Shown: positions 10,531 to 20,550, counted from the first letter of the stretch. The stretch is 64,000 nt of DNA from Pseudomonadota bacterium (GCA_040384465.1 JAZKJF010000009.1:2129-66128), one strand, 5' to 3'. The notes: generated by a model not told the origin, from the letters alone. Numbers and translations are program-made.

Positions 10531-12450
10531 TTACTTGTCGTCTTTGACTTCTTCGAACTCGGCGTCCACGGCGTCGTCGTTACCGGATGCACCACCTTGG
10601 TCGGCACCACCAGCCGATTGTGCGCCCGCTTGTTTCTCAGCGTACATCTTCTGCGCCAGGCCGGAGGAAACTTCGGTCAGCTCTTTGGTCTTCGCTTCGA
10701 TATCAGCGATATCGCCAGCCTTGATGGCTGCCTCTGTCGCCAGAACAGCCGCTTCGATTTTCTCTTTCTCGGCCGCATCTACTTTGTCGCCCGCTTCTTC
10801 CAGCGTCTTGCGAGTGGCGTGTACCAAGCCATCAGCCGTGTTGCGTGCGGTGATCAGCTGCTCGAACTTCTTGTCTTCAGCAGCATTTGCCTCGGCGTCC
10901 TTAATCATGTTTTGAATCTCTTCCTCGGACAGTCCGCTGGAAGCCTTGATGATGATCGACTGCTGCTTGCCGGTCGCCTTGTCCTTCGCAGACACGTTCA
11001 GAATGCCGTTGGCGTCCAAGTCGAAGGCCACCTCGATCTGCGGCATGCCGCGCGGCGAGGGAGGAATGTCCGACAGGTCGAACCGACCGAGGGACTTGTT
11101 CTGGGCTGCCTGCTTGCGCTCGCCCTGGACGACGTGAATCGTCACTGCAGTCTGGTTGTCGTCCGCTGTCGAGAACACCTGAGTCTTCTTTGTTGGAATC
11201 GTCGTGTTCTTCTCGATCAGGAAGCTGGCCACACCGCCCAGCGTCTCGATACCCAGAGACAATGGAGTCACGTCCAGCAGCAACACGTCGTTCACTTCAC
11301 CTGACAACACGGCGCCTTGGATCGCGGCACCGAGAGCTACGGCTTCGTCAGGGTTCACGTCACGACGCGCTTCCTTGCCGAAGAAGTCAGCGACTTTCTT
11401 CTGCACCATCGGCATACGGGTCTGACCACCGACCAGAATCACATCGTTGATCTTGGAGATGTCGAGGCCAGCGTCCTGCAGGCAGGTCTTGACCGGACCC
11501 ATGGTGCGATCAACCAACTCTTCCACCAGAGATTCGAATTTGGCACGGGTCAGCTTCTGCACCAGATGCTTCGGTCCGCTGGCATCGGCCGTGATGTACG
11601 GCAGATTGATCTCGGTCTGCTGAGCAGAGGAGAGTTCAATCTTGGCTTTCTCGGCAGCTTCTTTCAGACGCTGCAGGGCCAGTGGATCGTTGTGCAGATC
11701 CATGCCGGTTTCTTTCTTGAATTCTGCTGCGAGATACTCGATCAGACGCAGGTCGAAGTCTTCACCACCGAGGAATGTATCGCCGTTGGTGGCGAGTACT
11801 TCGAAGGTGTGCTCGCCGTCAGTCTCGGCAATCTCGATGATGGAGATGTCGAAAGTACCGCCACCGAGGTCAAACACGGCGATAGTGGAATCTCCACCCT
11901 TCTTGTCCATACCGTAGGCCAGTGCAGCGGCTGTCGGCTCGTTGATGATGCGTTTGACTTCCAGGCCCGCGATGCGGCCTGCATCCTTGGTCGCCTGACG
12001 CTGTGCGTCGTTGAAGTACGCAGGCACAGTCACTACCGCTTCAGTCACTGGCTCGCCGAGGAAATCCTCAGCCGTTTTCTTCATCTTCTTGAGCACCTGC
12101 GCAGAGATCTGCGGAGGAGACATGTTCTCGCCGTTCACGCGCACCCAGGCGTCGCCATTGTCAGCTTTGACGATCTCGTAGGGCACCATCTTGATGTCTT
12201 TCTGCACGACGTCGTCTTTGAACTGACGGCCGATCAGACGCTTGATGGCAAACAGTGTGTTCTTGGGATTGGTGACGGACTGCCGCTTGGCAGGCTGACC
12301 TACCAGTGTTTCGCCATCCTTGGTGAACGCGATGATCGACGGCGTGGTGCGATCACCCTCCGCATTCTCGATCACTCTGGATTTGCCGCCATCCAGAATC
12401 GCCACGCAAGAGTTCGTGGTACCAAGGTCTATTCCGATAATTCTACCCAT
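10531..12450 (-). CDS. dnaK: molecular chaperone DnaK (Hsp70)
   Basis: 639 aa. [17 protein letters not shown] and the full Hsp70 architecture. Confidence 0.98.
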   Translation of the reverse strand: MGRIIGIDLGTTNSCVAILDGGKSRVIENAEGDRTTPSIIAFTKDGETLVGQPAKRQSVTNPKNTLFAIKRLIGRQFKDDVVQKDIKMVPYEIVKADNGDAWVRVNGENMSPPQISAQVLKKMKKTAEDFLGEPVTEAVVTVPAYFNDAQRQATKDAGRIAGLEVKRIINEPTAAALAYGMDKKGGDSTIAVFDLGGGTFDISIIEIAETDGEHTFEVLATNGDTFLGGEDFDLRLIEYLAAEFKKETGMDLHNDPLALQRLKEAAEKAKIELSSAQQTEINLPYITADASGPKHLVQKLTRAKFESLVEELVDRTMGPVKTCLQDAGLDISKINDVILVGGQTRMPMVQKKVADFFGKEARRDVNPDEAVALGAAIQGAVLSGEVNDVLLLDVTPLSLGIETLGGVASFLIEKNTTIPTKKTQVFSTADDNQTAVTIHVVQGERKQAAQNKSLGRFDLSDIPPSPRGMPQIEVAFDLDANGILNVSAKDKATGKQQSIIIKASSGLSEEEIQNMIKDAEANAAEDKKFEQLITARNTADGLVHATRKTLEEAGDKVDAAEKEKIEAAVLATEAAIKAGDIADIEAKTKELTEVSSGLAQKMYAEKQAGAQSAGGADQGGASGNDDAVDAEFEEVKDDK

Positions 12451-12541
12451 TCTCGTTTCTCCGTTGCGCGACTCCGGCTCGCTCTCTGCCGCCGAAAGTG
12501 CTGATATCTGTTGTCAGGTTAATGAATTGCTTCTGGCCACC

Positions 12542-12570
12542 TATATTGGCCCTGCCCGGCTGATTTCAAG
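12542..12570 (-). promoter_or_regulatory. possible sigma-32 (RpoH) promoter for dnaK
   Basis: The minus strand reads CTTGAAA-N14-CCAATATA, upstream of the dnaK start at 12450. The -10 element only partly matches CCCCATNT. Confidence 0.4.
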
Positions 12571-12590
12571 TCCGGGCCGTAAAATCGCTG

Positions 12591-13199
12591 TCAGACTTTC
12601 TCGTCTATGGATGACGCCGATGCCTTGGCAACCATGACCATGGCGGGGCGAATCACCCGGCCGTGAAGGGTGTAACCTTTCTGCATGACCGCCGTGACGG
12701 TGCCTGGCTCGACGTTAGGGTTTTCCTGCATCACCATGGCCTGATGACACTGCGGATCGAAAGGCTCGCCGAGAGGGTCGATCTGCTCGATGCTGAACTT
12801 GCGGAAGCAGTCGACAAAACTCTTCAGCGTCAACTCCACTCCCTGCAGGAGCACCTTCACGGATTCGTTTTCCTTGTCGGTGGATACCTGGATGGCGCGC
12901 TCAAGATTGTCCATCACGCCCAACAGCTCGCTGCTCAGTTTTTCCTGACCGAACTTGTGGGCTTTCTCCACATCCAGTTCGGTGCGGCGGCGCAGATTCT
13001 GCATTTCCGCCTGCACACGCAACACTTCATCTTTTTGATGCAGAATCAGCGTCTCGGCCTGCGCCAGACGTTGCAGCACTTCGACGAGCTGTGATTCTTC
13101 AGACGACTGATCCTGACCGTTCTCTGTGTTTACGGAGTCCAAATTTTCCTCCATCCCGCTTTCGTTTGTCCCTTTGTCGTTCACCCAGTTTTCCTCCAC
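12591..13199 (-). CDS. grpE: nucleotide exchange factor GrpE
   Basis: 202 aa with an acidic N-terminus, coiled coil and a GrpE C-terminal domain (GYTLHGRVIRPAMV). Confidence 0.95.
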   Translation of the reverse strand: MEENWVNDKGTNESGMEENLDSVNTENGQDQSSEESQLVEVLQRLAQAETLILHQKDEVLRVQAEMQNLRRRTELDVEKAHKFGQEKLSSELLGVMDNLERAIQVSTDKENESVKVLLQGVELTLKSFVDCFRKFSIEQIDPLGEPFDPQCHQAMVMQENPNVEPGTVTAVMQKGYTLHGRVIRPAMVMVAKASASSIDEKV

Positions 13200-13247
13200 G
13201 CTATTTCTTTAGCAAATTTGGTTCAGCAAAATAAAACCTGCAGCACG

Positions 13248-13277
13248 ATATGGGGGCACAGGTTTTTCAATTCAAGC
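13248..13277 (-). promoter_or_regulatory. sigma-32 (RpoH) heat-shock promoter for grpE
   Basis: The minus strand reads CTTGAAT-N13-CCCCCATAT (-35 at 13271-13276, -10 at 13248-13255). It lies about 50 nt upstream of the grpE ATG. Confidence 0.65.
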
Positions 13278-13427
13278 CACAAGATAAAATTTGCCGGTAC
13301 AGGCTAAACAGACCCACTGCCACTCCCCCGCATCCAACACTGACAAGGTTGGGGCGGATGCGCTATATTCTTCAGCAACAACGTCGTTTTAATACCGCTC
13401 TCAACCCTCTGGAACAATCCGACCCGC

Positions 13428-15128
13428 ATGCTGACCCAACTCTCAATCCGCCACTACGCCATCGTCGACCATCTGGAAATCGATTTCCGTCGTGGCATGT
13501 CCGTCATCACCGGCGAAACCGGAGCTGGCAAGTCCATCATGCTGGGAGCACTGGGACTCACGCTGGGAGATCGTGCAGACAAGGGTGTCATCAGCAGCGG
13601 CGCCACCCGCGCAGACATCACCGCGCATTTCGATACCAGTGATCAGCCCATGGCGCGGGCATGGCTGCAAGACAACGAACTGCTCGCCGACGAGGAGCCA
13701 CAGGTTTGCCTGCTGCGCCGTGTCGTCAGCGATGACGGGCGCTCCAAGGCTTGGGTCAATGGCTTTCCAGTGACGCTGCAGGTGCTCAAGACCATCGGCG
13801 AGATGCTTATCGACATTCACAGCCAGCACGAGCACCAGTCCCTCCTCAATCGCAGCACCCACTTGCGCCTGCTCGATGAATTCAGCGGGGATAATGCCCT
13901 CACGGACGACGTGCGCCGTGTCAGTCGCGAGTGGAAAAAGAATCGCGAACGCCTGGAGGCTTTGAGCCAGCAGTCGGAGGAGTCTTCCGCGCAGGTGCAG
14001 CTGATTCGTTATCAGATCGGCGAACTGGACGAACTGGCACTGGAGGCTGGTGAGCTGGAGTCTCTGGAGGAGGAATATCGCACACTCAACAGCGCCGACA
14101 GCTCACTGGCCACTGCCCGGCAGCTGCTCGATCTGTGCAGCGAGAACGACGAATTCACCGTGCAGGGCGCGCTCAATCAGGCCCTCGCGTTGTTGCAGGA
14201 GCTGGGCGCGAAAACTCATGCATTGGACCCGGTGACCGAACTGCTCAACACCGCCTCAATTCAGATCGAAGAAGCTGTCGCCGAACTGCGTCATGGCATC
14301 GACCACTTCGAAGCAAATCCGCTCAGACTGGAAGCGATCAATCAGCGCCTCGCCGACATTCAGCAGATTGCTCGCAAACACCGTGTCAAACCGGAAGAAA
14401 TCGCGCCTCTGCATGCTCAACTGCAAGCACAGCTCGCCGCCTGGGAGCACAACGACGAAGACCTCGACACCTTACAGCAGCAGGACGCGCTGCTACTGCA
14501 ACAGTACCGTCAGTTCGCCGAACGTCTAAGCGCGCAGCGACGCAAAGCAGCAACCGAGCTGGCACAGCAGATCAATCTGCAGATTGCGGAGCTGGGCATG
14601 AGCAGCGCGCGGCTGACCGTCGCACTCTCCCCGACCGAGAGTCAGACACCCTCAGCTCACGGTCAAGAGAGTGTCGAGTTTCTAGTCAGCACTAACCCCG
14701 GACAGGAGCCCCGCCCGCTGATCCGCATCGCTTCGGGCGGCGAGCTTTCGCGCATCAGTCTGGCCATTCAGGTGATTACCGCGCAGACCTCTGCTACCCC
14801 CACACTGGTATTCGACGAGGTGGATGTCGGCATCGGCGGCAGTGTTGCCCGCTCAGTGGGCAGACTGTTACGACAATTGGGAGAGCGCGGACAGGTGCTG
14901 TGCGTCACCCATCAGGCGCAGGTCGCCAGTCAGGGGCATCAGCATCTGTTCGTCAGCAAGTTGATTCAAAACACAGATGGACAGGCAGCGACGACCGGCA
15001 CGCAGATTCGTGAACTATCCCGGGCAGAAAAAGTCAGGGAGATTGCGCGCATGCTCGGGGGAGAATCCACAAACCAAGGCTTCACACCGGAATCCCTGGC
15101 TCACGCAGAGGAAATGCTGAGCGCCTGA
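13428..15128 (+). CDS. recN: DNA repair protein RecN
   Basis: 566 aa SMC-like protein. Walker A GETGAGKS at the N-terminus, long coiled coil, and C-terminal SGGELSRISLAIQ plus LVFDEVD. Confidence 0.95.
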   Translation: MLTQLSIRHYAIVDHLEIDFRRGMSVITGETGAGKSIMLGALGLTLGDRADKGVISSGATRADITAHFDTSDQPMARAWLQDNELLADEEPQVCLLRRVVSDDGRSKAWVNGFPVTLQVLKTIGEMLIDIHSQHEHQSLLNRSTHLRLLDEFSGDNALTDDVRRVSREWKKNRERLEALSQQSEESSAQVQLIRYQIGELDELALEAGELESLEEEYRTLNSADSSLATARQLLDLCSENDEFTVQGALNQALALLQELGAKTHALDPVTELLNTASIQIEEAVAELRHGIDHFEANPLRLEAINQRLADIQQIARKHRVKPEEIAPLHAQLQAQLAAWEHNDEDLDTLQQQDALLLQQYRQFAERLSAQRRKAATELAQQINLQIAELGMSSARLTVALSPTESQTPSAHGQESVEFLVSTNPGQEPRPLIRIASGGELSRISLAIQVITAQTSATPTLVFDEVDVGIGGSVARSVGRLLRQLGERGQVLCVTHQAQVASQGHQHLFVSKLIQNTDGQAATTGTQIRELSRAEKVREIARMLGGESTNQGFTPESLAHAEEMLSA

Positions 15129-15158
15129 GGAAGGCGCTCGACTAAAGTCTCGACAGGC

Positions 15159-15578
15159 TCAAGCCTTCTGGCAGCTTTTGCAGATACCGTAGAGATAGAG
15201 GCTGTGGTCGGTAATCTCGAAGCCAAACTTGGCAGCGATCTTGTCCTGCTGCTTCTCGATCACTTCGTCGTAAAACTCCTCCACCAACCCGCACTTGTTG
15301 CAGACCAGATGGTCGTGGTGCTCCATGGTGCTCAGCTCGAACACCGAATGGCCGCCCTCGAAGTGATGGCGCATCACCAGCCCCGCTGTCTCGAACTGGG
15401 TCAGCACACGGTACACCGTCGCCAGGCCGACATCCTCGTCAGCATCGATCAGCGCCTTGTACACATCCTCTGCACTCAAATGCCGGGTAGCGGAATTCTC
15501 CAATAACTGCAGAATTTTCACGCGTGGCAGAGTGACTTTGAGGCCCGCTTTACGTAATTCCTGATTCTCTGATGACAT
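15159..15578 (-). CDS. fur: ferric uptake regulator
   Basis: 139 aa. GLKVTLPRVKIL, HHDHLVC and CxxC motifs are typical of Fur. Confidence 0.95.
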   Translation of the reverse strand: MSSENQELRKAGLKVTLPRVKILQLLENSATRHLSAEDVYKALIDADEDVGLATVYRVLTQFETAGLVMRHHFEGGHSVFELSTMEHHDHLVCNKCGLVEEFYDEVIEKQQDKIAAKFGFEITDHSLYLYGICKSCQKA

Positions 15579-15654
15579 GCTTCTCTCGTGGTGGCAAGAC
15601 CGGTTAGCAAAGAGGTATTATGCCCACTAACCGATCCAGAAGAAAGTTAGCCAC

Positions 15655-16101
15655 ATGCCGGGAATTCTGAACTTGTCAAAATCACGCACTCAACAGCCTG
15701 CTTATCGCCGTCCCACCCACCATGCCAGATTGGCCCTGTTGCTGGGCAGCATGCTGGCTGTGAGTGCCTGCAGTTATCTGCCGAGCCTGCAATTCCCTGG
15801 TGTCTACAAGATCGATATCCAGCAGGGCAACATCATCACGCAAGAAATGGTGGACCAGCTGCGCCCAGGCATGACCAAGCGCCAGGTTACCTTCGTGATG
15901 GGCACGCCGCTGGTGCGCGACCCCTTCAATCAGGATCGCTGGGATTACGTCTACAGCTACCAGCCCGGTGGCGGTGTGCGCGGACAGGAACGCATCACCA
16001 TGTATTTTGAGAATGATTTGCTGGTCAACTTCACCGGGGATTTCAAACCCGGCGAAGGCACTCCAGCCGCCAGTGCAACACCAGCGGCTACCAACTCCTG
16101 A
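15655..16101 (+). CDS. bamE: outer membrane protein assembly factor BamE (OmlA)
   Basis: Lipobox LAVSAC, then YKIDIQQGN...GMTKRQV...LGTP, typical of SmpA/OmlA. Sits next to fur. Confidence 0.85.
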   Translation: MPGILNLSKSRTQQPAYRRPTHHARLALLLGSMLAVSACSYLPSLQFPGVYKIDIQQGNIITQEMVDQLRPGMTKRQVTFVMGTPLVRDPFNQDRWDYVYSYQPGGGVRGQERITMYFENDLLVNFTGDFKPGEGTPAASATPAATNS

Positions 16102-18243
16102 TCAAAACTCGATCCGTAATCCTACTTCGACACTGCGCCCGGCTTCGGGCGCCACATCCTTGAGCAAGGACGTGTGGTTGCGAATCTCCTCATCCAGCAG
16201 ATTGTTGAGCTTGCCGAACACGGTGGCCTCGCCCGCAAACAGCTCAGCGTGGTAATCCACCGACGCGTTAAGCAGCGTGTAGCCTTCCGTCTTGGTTTCG
16301 CGCAGCGCCACATCGGATTGACTAGCCACCCGCGTGGCACGCAGCTTGTAGATCCAATGATCTTGAGCATGACTGATCTCGGCCCCAAACCGTCTCGCTG
16401 GGATCTGCGGCACGTTGCCACCGCGCTGCAGTTCCGCCCGGACATAGTCGCCGAACAACGTCAGATCGGTCCGCTGCAGGTCATTGCCAGCAATCGGTAG
16501 CGTGAATTCCACTTCCAGCCCTTTGAACTCGGCATCCTCCTGCGTCAGCATGGCGATGGGAATTTCATCAACCTCAACGCCTGTATCACGCATGTACAGA
16601 TAGTCGCGAATGCTGTTGTAGAACACATTGACCTCCCCAGTCACCCGCCCCAGATGGCGACGCAGGCCGATCTCGAAGTTGGTCGAGCGCTCCTTGTCGG
16701 CGTCCGGGTTGCCAATCTCCAACCGCTGCGTTGCCGCGTGGGCAATCAGCTGGTGCTCGTCATCCGGCGTCCTGCAGGTCACCGCATCAATGTTGGAGTA
16801 CAGCTCCTCCACTGTCGGGGTGCGTTGCGAGTGCGCGACCGAGACCAGCAGATTGAGATCCTCCCGCGCGCGCCACAAGCTAGACGCGCTGCCGCTGAGG
16901 CTGCTGTCCGAACTTTCACAGTTGCCCACCTGCTGCAGATGCTGATGTTCACCACGCACGCCGAACTCAACCATCATGTCGCCGACATCAATGCTCTGCA
17001 GCGTAAACAGCGCAATCGAATCAATGTCCGTGGCGGCAATGTAGGCCTCGTCGCCCAGAGCGCTGAAGGTCTTGCTGCCGTACTGCAGACCAGTCACTCC
17101 CGTGACACTGCCGACTGGTCGATGCGCGACGGTGAAACGCCCTTCACTGCCCTCGTTTTTGTAAACCGTCCCGATCTGTCCGTCACCCTCGATCTCAGCG
17201 TGCTGATAGTCCACGACACTCAGCTTGCCGTTGATCTCCTCGAAGAAACCGCCCAGCGGCGCCTTGCCTTCGAAGTCCAGACGCTCCTGCTGCATGGCGA
17301 TACGAATCCCTCCCTCGGGATCTTCCGCCTCCGGCTCACCCGCCTCATGATCGTCTTCGTCATGTGGTTCGTGGTGATGATGCGCGGCTGTTGGTAAACC
17401 GTAATGGCTCTCGGACTGATTCAGCGCCATCCCCAGGTAGCCGCCGCCAAACACCCAGGAGAGTCCTCCAGTCAACGCATGGGCACGGGTTGAAGAGTTG
17501 TCGATGAACCCTTTGCTCGCGAGCAGCTCGGAGACAGCTTCCTCGTCATTCAGATCAACGGTGTCAGGATTGATGGCAAAGCCCTTGATACGCGTATCGT
17601 TGCTGGCGCGATAGGTCCCATCGAGATGCCACGCCAGCGAGCCTGCGCCATTCTCAAGTTTGAAGACACTGGTCTGCTGGTCTGAGGCACTCTGGTGGCG
17701 GGTTTCCAACAAACCAGTCAATGCCTCTGGCACGGTGGTGGGCACACGGTTGTCGATCACATTCACCACGCCGCCAATCGCTCCATTGCCATACAGCAGC
17801 GTCGCCGGGCCACGCACGACCTCAATGCGCTCTGCCAGCACGGCCTCCACACTATTTGCATGATCGGGACTGACCGCCGCCGCATCGATGTTGCTCACAC
17901 CGCCCTGCAATACTTGCACACGATTACCACTCTGGCCACGAATCACTGGCATACCGACTCCGGTACCGAAAGACGCGCTATTGACGCCTACCAGTTCTTT
18001 CAGAGTCTCTCCCAGCGTACTGGCTGCTTTCTCGCGTAGCGCTTCGCCACTGAGCACATTCACCGGCAAGGAAGTTTCTGCGCGATTGCGCTGCAAGGTG
18101 CCGGAGACGATGATTTCGTCGAGCACCGCGTCGTTGTGCGGCTCGGCCGCGTGGACACTGCTTGCAGCCATACCTGCGGACATTGCCGCAGAAACGGCTG
18201 ACACCAACGCATGAACTCGGAAAGATTGACAAAAAGAACGCAT
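16102..18243 (-). CDS. TonB-dependent receptor with a His/Asp/Glu-rich loop (ZnuD/metal-type)
   Basis: Signal peptide from ATG 18243, plug domain (DEIIVSGT..., IEVVRGP), C-terminal ...EVGLRIEF. The loop AAHHHHEPHDEDDHEAGEPEAEDPEG is encoded near 17310-17385. Confidence 0.9.
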   Translation of the reverse strand: MRSFCQSFRVHALVSAVSAAMSAGMAASSVHAAEPHNDAVLDEIIVSGTLQRNRAETSLPVNVLSGEALREKAASTLGETLKELVGVNSASFGTGVGMPVIRGQSGNRVQVLQGGVSNIDAAAVSPDHANSVEAVLAERIEVVRGPATLLYGNGAIGGVVNVIDNRVPTTVPEALTGLLETRHQSASDQQTSVFKLENGAGSLAWHLDGTYRASNDTRIKGFAINPDTVDLNDEEAVSELLASKGFIDNSSTRAHALTGGLSWVFGGGYLGMALNQSESHYGLPTAAHHHHEPHDEDDHEAGEPEAEDPEGGIRIAMQQERLDFEGKAPLGGFFEEINGKLSVVDYQHAEIEGDGQIGTVYKNEGSEGRFTVAHRPVGSVTGVTGLQYGSKTFSALGDEAYIAATDIDSIALFTLQSIDVGDMMVEFGVRGEHQHLQQVGNCESSDSSLSGSASSLWRAREDLNLLVSVAHSQRTPTVEELYSNIDAVTCRTPDDEHQLIAHAATQRLEIGNPDADKERSTNFEIGLRRHLGRVTGEVNVFYNSIRDYLYMRDTGVEVDEIPIAMLTQEDAEFKGLEVEFTLPIAGNDLQRTDLTLFGDYVRAELQRGGNVPQIPARRFGAEISHAQDHWIYKLRATRVASQSDVALRETKTEGYTLLNASVDYHAELFAGEATVFGKLNNLLDEEIRNHTSLLKDVAPEAGRSVEVGLRIEF

Positions 18244-18369
18244 TTTTACCCTCACTATCGATAATGGACAGGCCATGCACCAAGGCTGCGGCGCTCCTCA
18301 TGGGAAGCACAGCGCATAAGCAGCAGCGGGATGCGAGGCCGGGAATTGCCAAATGGCAGTTTTCGAGAA

Positions 18370-18684
18370 TCAGATCAGCAGGGCGGGCGGGGGAGAACGC
18401 GATCTGGCGGAAATTGGCCAGGAATAAGCAGGTTGTTCGGCAGGATCAAAGTATTCCTGTGGAGTCAGCAGGATGTCAGGGCGGGAAACGGAAAGAGTTG
18501 GCGCATCATCCCCAGACCCGAGGTTCAAACAGATGGCGCAGTCGTACTGTTTATTAAGATCGCCTGCGTGGGTATGCAGGAGCGTCAAACTCTGGGAAAG
18601 GAGGAAGACCAGCAGAAAACTCAGCGCGAGCACGCCTTGGAACGGATGCTTCAACAGCTTGAGGGGGGACTGGGTCATGTTCAT
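18370..18684 (-). CDS. small exported protein, DUF2946-like (HxH and CxxC motifs)
   Basis: 104 aa. Hydrophobic N-terminus, then LLHTHAGDLNKQYDCAICLNL. Lies directly upstream of and co-oriented with the TonB receptor. Confidence 0.5.
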   Translation of the reverse strand: MNMTQSPLKLLKHPFQGVLALSFLLVFLLSQSLTLLHTHAGDLNKQYDCAICLNLGSGDDAPTLSVSRPDILLTPQEYFDPAEQPAYSWPISARSRSPPPALLI

Positions 18685-18855
18685 GACATGCTCTGCGAGG
18701 GCTCCACGTAAAACCTCCGAGACAACCGGGAATCGCTTTGAGCGAGCCCCGGTTGTTCGAAGGCGGACTTACGGGCACACCTAATTGACCGTGGCATTTT
18801 CGAAAAGTTTCACAGAGCCTTAAAATTCCCTAAAACTAATTTTCAAACGCCATTT

Positions 18856-18870
18856 TGTTACTGTGTAACA
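18856..18870. promoter_or_regulatory. Zur-box-like palindrome TGTTAC-TGT-GTAACA
   Basis: 6-3-6 inverted repeat with the geometry of the Zur core TGTTAT-AAT-ATAACA. It lies 172-186 nt upstream of the DUF2946-like/TonB receptor operon. Confidence 0.35.
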
Positions 18871-18887
18871 TAGCAGCGTTCACACTA

Positions 18888-19877
18888 TCAATCCAGCCCC
18901 AGACTGACGGCAAAACGTTCCAGCGCCTCGAGCCCCACAACGTCATGTGCCACCAGCGTGAGATCTTGTCGAGGAATGTCCGGCAGCGCCTCTTTCAAAG
19001 TGGCCAGATGCACTTCCTCCTGCACTCGGCGCTCTGCCAGGAACTCCCCCATCCCTTCCGGTGACCGCTTGTTAACCACGAGGGCGCCGACGGTAACGCC
19101 GGAGCGACGCAACTGATCATGCAGCGCAATCGTCTCCAGCACTGGGAGACGCTCGGCAGCCAGCACGATCACGAACGACGTGCGCTCGGGGTTGCTCAAC
19201 GCATTGCGCAAGTCCATGAAGCGACGACGACGGCGATTCAACAGGCTGCGGATGCGGCTCTCACGCTCGACCAACGGATCTTCCTGCCCACCCAGAACCT
19301 TGTTGCCCACGCTCTTGTCACTGCCCAGGTTACGCATCACCGAACTGAAGCGATCGGCCTTGTCTCTACGCTGGATCAGGCCATCGGTCCAGGCCGACAT
19401 CATCTCGGGCAGCGCAATCAGCCGCGCGGTGTGGCCGGAAGGTGCCGTGTCAAACACCAACAGGTCATAGTCGGTGGCGGCCTTTTCGACGACCTCGGCG
19501 ATGCGCTCCATGATCGCGGCTTCCTGCATGCCGGGCGCATCGCGGGACAGCTCGATGTGCTTGTCGACTTCACCCGCCAGATGGGGCGCCATCAGTTTGC
19601 GCAGCGAGGCAGATACTTCTTCCAGATGTTCATTCACAGTCTGCTCGGGGTCGAGTTCCATGCCGTCCAGGTTGGAAGCAAGCCGAACTGGACGAGGCCC
19701 TACGGTGCGATTGAACAGATGTCCAAGGTTGTGCGCCGGGTCCGTGGAGACCAGCAACACACGCTTGCCTTCCGACGCCATTGCCATCGCGGTCGCAGCC
19801 GAAACAGTAGTTTTGCCCACGCCACCTTTGCCACCGAAAAACAGAATACTTTTGGAGCGGGCCAGTTCTAGCAGCAT
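18888..19877 (-). CDS. ArsA/Get3-family ATPase (single-domain)
   Basis: 329 aa with the deviant Walker A FFGGKGGVGKTTVSAATA and DTAPSGHT. It has one ATPase domain, not the duplicated ArsA. Confidence 0.85.
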   Translation of the reverse strand: MLLELARSKSILFFGGKGGVGKTTVSAATAMAMASEGKRVLLVSTDPAHNLGHLFNRTVGPRPVRLASNLDGMELDPEQTVNEHLEEVSASLRKLMAPHLAGEVDKHIELSRDAPGMQEAAIMERIAEVVEKAATDYDLLVFDTAPSGHTARLIALPEMMSAWTDGLIQRRDKADRFSSVMRNLGSDKSVGNKVLGGQEDPLVERESRIRSLLNRRRRRFMDLRNALSNPERTSFVIVLAAERLPVLETIALHDQLRRSGVTVGALVVNKRSPEGMGEFLAERRVQEEVHLATLKEALPDIPRQDLTLVAHDVVGLEALERFAVSLGLD

Positions 19878-20158
19878 GAGACGTGATCCAGTGGTGAGCG
19901 CTCCATGCCCATGCGGCGATGCCAGTCATGGAAGCGGTCGTAGACCACCGGCAGCAGTTCAAGGGTGTAATAAGTCGTGGGGTTGGGGATGCCGAGGCTT
20001 TCCGAGAAGATCAGCATCATGAACAGATCATCTTCATCACGCTGCGCACGGCCAAACTCGCGTCGATAAGGAGCAATGTAATATTCGCGCAGCCCTTCTT
20101 CGAGGCGGGTTAAGAAGCTCTTGCGCTTGTCATTCGCAGGTATGTCGTTCTGATCCAT
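19868..20158 (-). CDS. small protein ending in Cys-Cys-stop, coupled to the ArsA-like ATPase (resembles what I recall as the 'cory-CC-star' family)
   Basis: 96 aa from ATG 20158, with AAGGAG 6 nt upstream. The sequence ends ...LDHVSCC-TAG. The CC codons overlap the ATPase start (ATGCTGCTAG). Confidence 0.6.
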   Translation of the reverse strand: MDQNDIPANDKRKSFLTRLEEGLREYYIAPYRREFGRAQRDEDDLFMMLIFSESLGIPNPTTYYTLELLPVVYDRFHDWHRRMGMERSPLDHVSCC

Positions 20159-20202
20159 GGTGTTCTCCTTGCCCCGAGTATACGTTGGTTGTTGAGCGCG
20201 AC

Positions 20203-20550
20203 TCAACGCTTGCGCAGACCCGCCGCCAATGCCTTCTTGCGGGCACGAGCCGCGCGCAGCAAACGCGCCTGCATCGGGTCGATCTGCAATGGGCGATATA
20301 TCTCCACCCGGTCGCGTTCGTTCAGCACATAGTCCTGTGGCAGCGGGCTGGCCTTGCCATCGAGAGGGCGCGAGAAGATGCCCATCGCGGCGGAACGCGG
20401 ATCAATCTCAGGAAACTCTGTAGCAATTCCCGACAACTCCACGGCAACCATGGCGGTGGTGCCACGTTTTATTTGAAGGACGATGATGCGCTGTTGGTCG
20501 GGTAACGCATAGGCCACCTCAACAGAAATCAGATCAGACGACCCGCTCAC
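20203..20550 (-). CDS. rnfH: RnfH family ubiquitin-like protein
   Basis: 115 aa. ISVEVAYALPDQQ...RDRVEIYRPL is typical of RnfH. Overlaps the ratA stop by 4 nt. Confidence 0.85.
   Translation of the reverse strand: MSGSSDLISVEVAYALPDQQRIIVLQIKRGTTAMVAVELSGIATEFPEIDPRSAAMGIFSRPLDGKASPLPQDYVLNERDRVEIYRPLQIDPMQARLLRAARARKKALAAGLRKR

Noticed and set aside
10483-12504. Long plus-strand ORFs (273 aa and 395 aa) overlapping dnaK.
   Set aside because: They are antisense to an unmistakable Hsp70 gene. Their composition is Arg/His/Leu/Val-rich, typical of mirror frames in GC-rich DNA.
13200-13427. Looked for a LexA/SOS box (CTGT-N8-ACAG) upstream of recN.
   Set aside because: I found no convincing match by eye; tacaggctaaacag does not fit the spacing. 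A matrix scan would be needed before claiming presence or absence.
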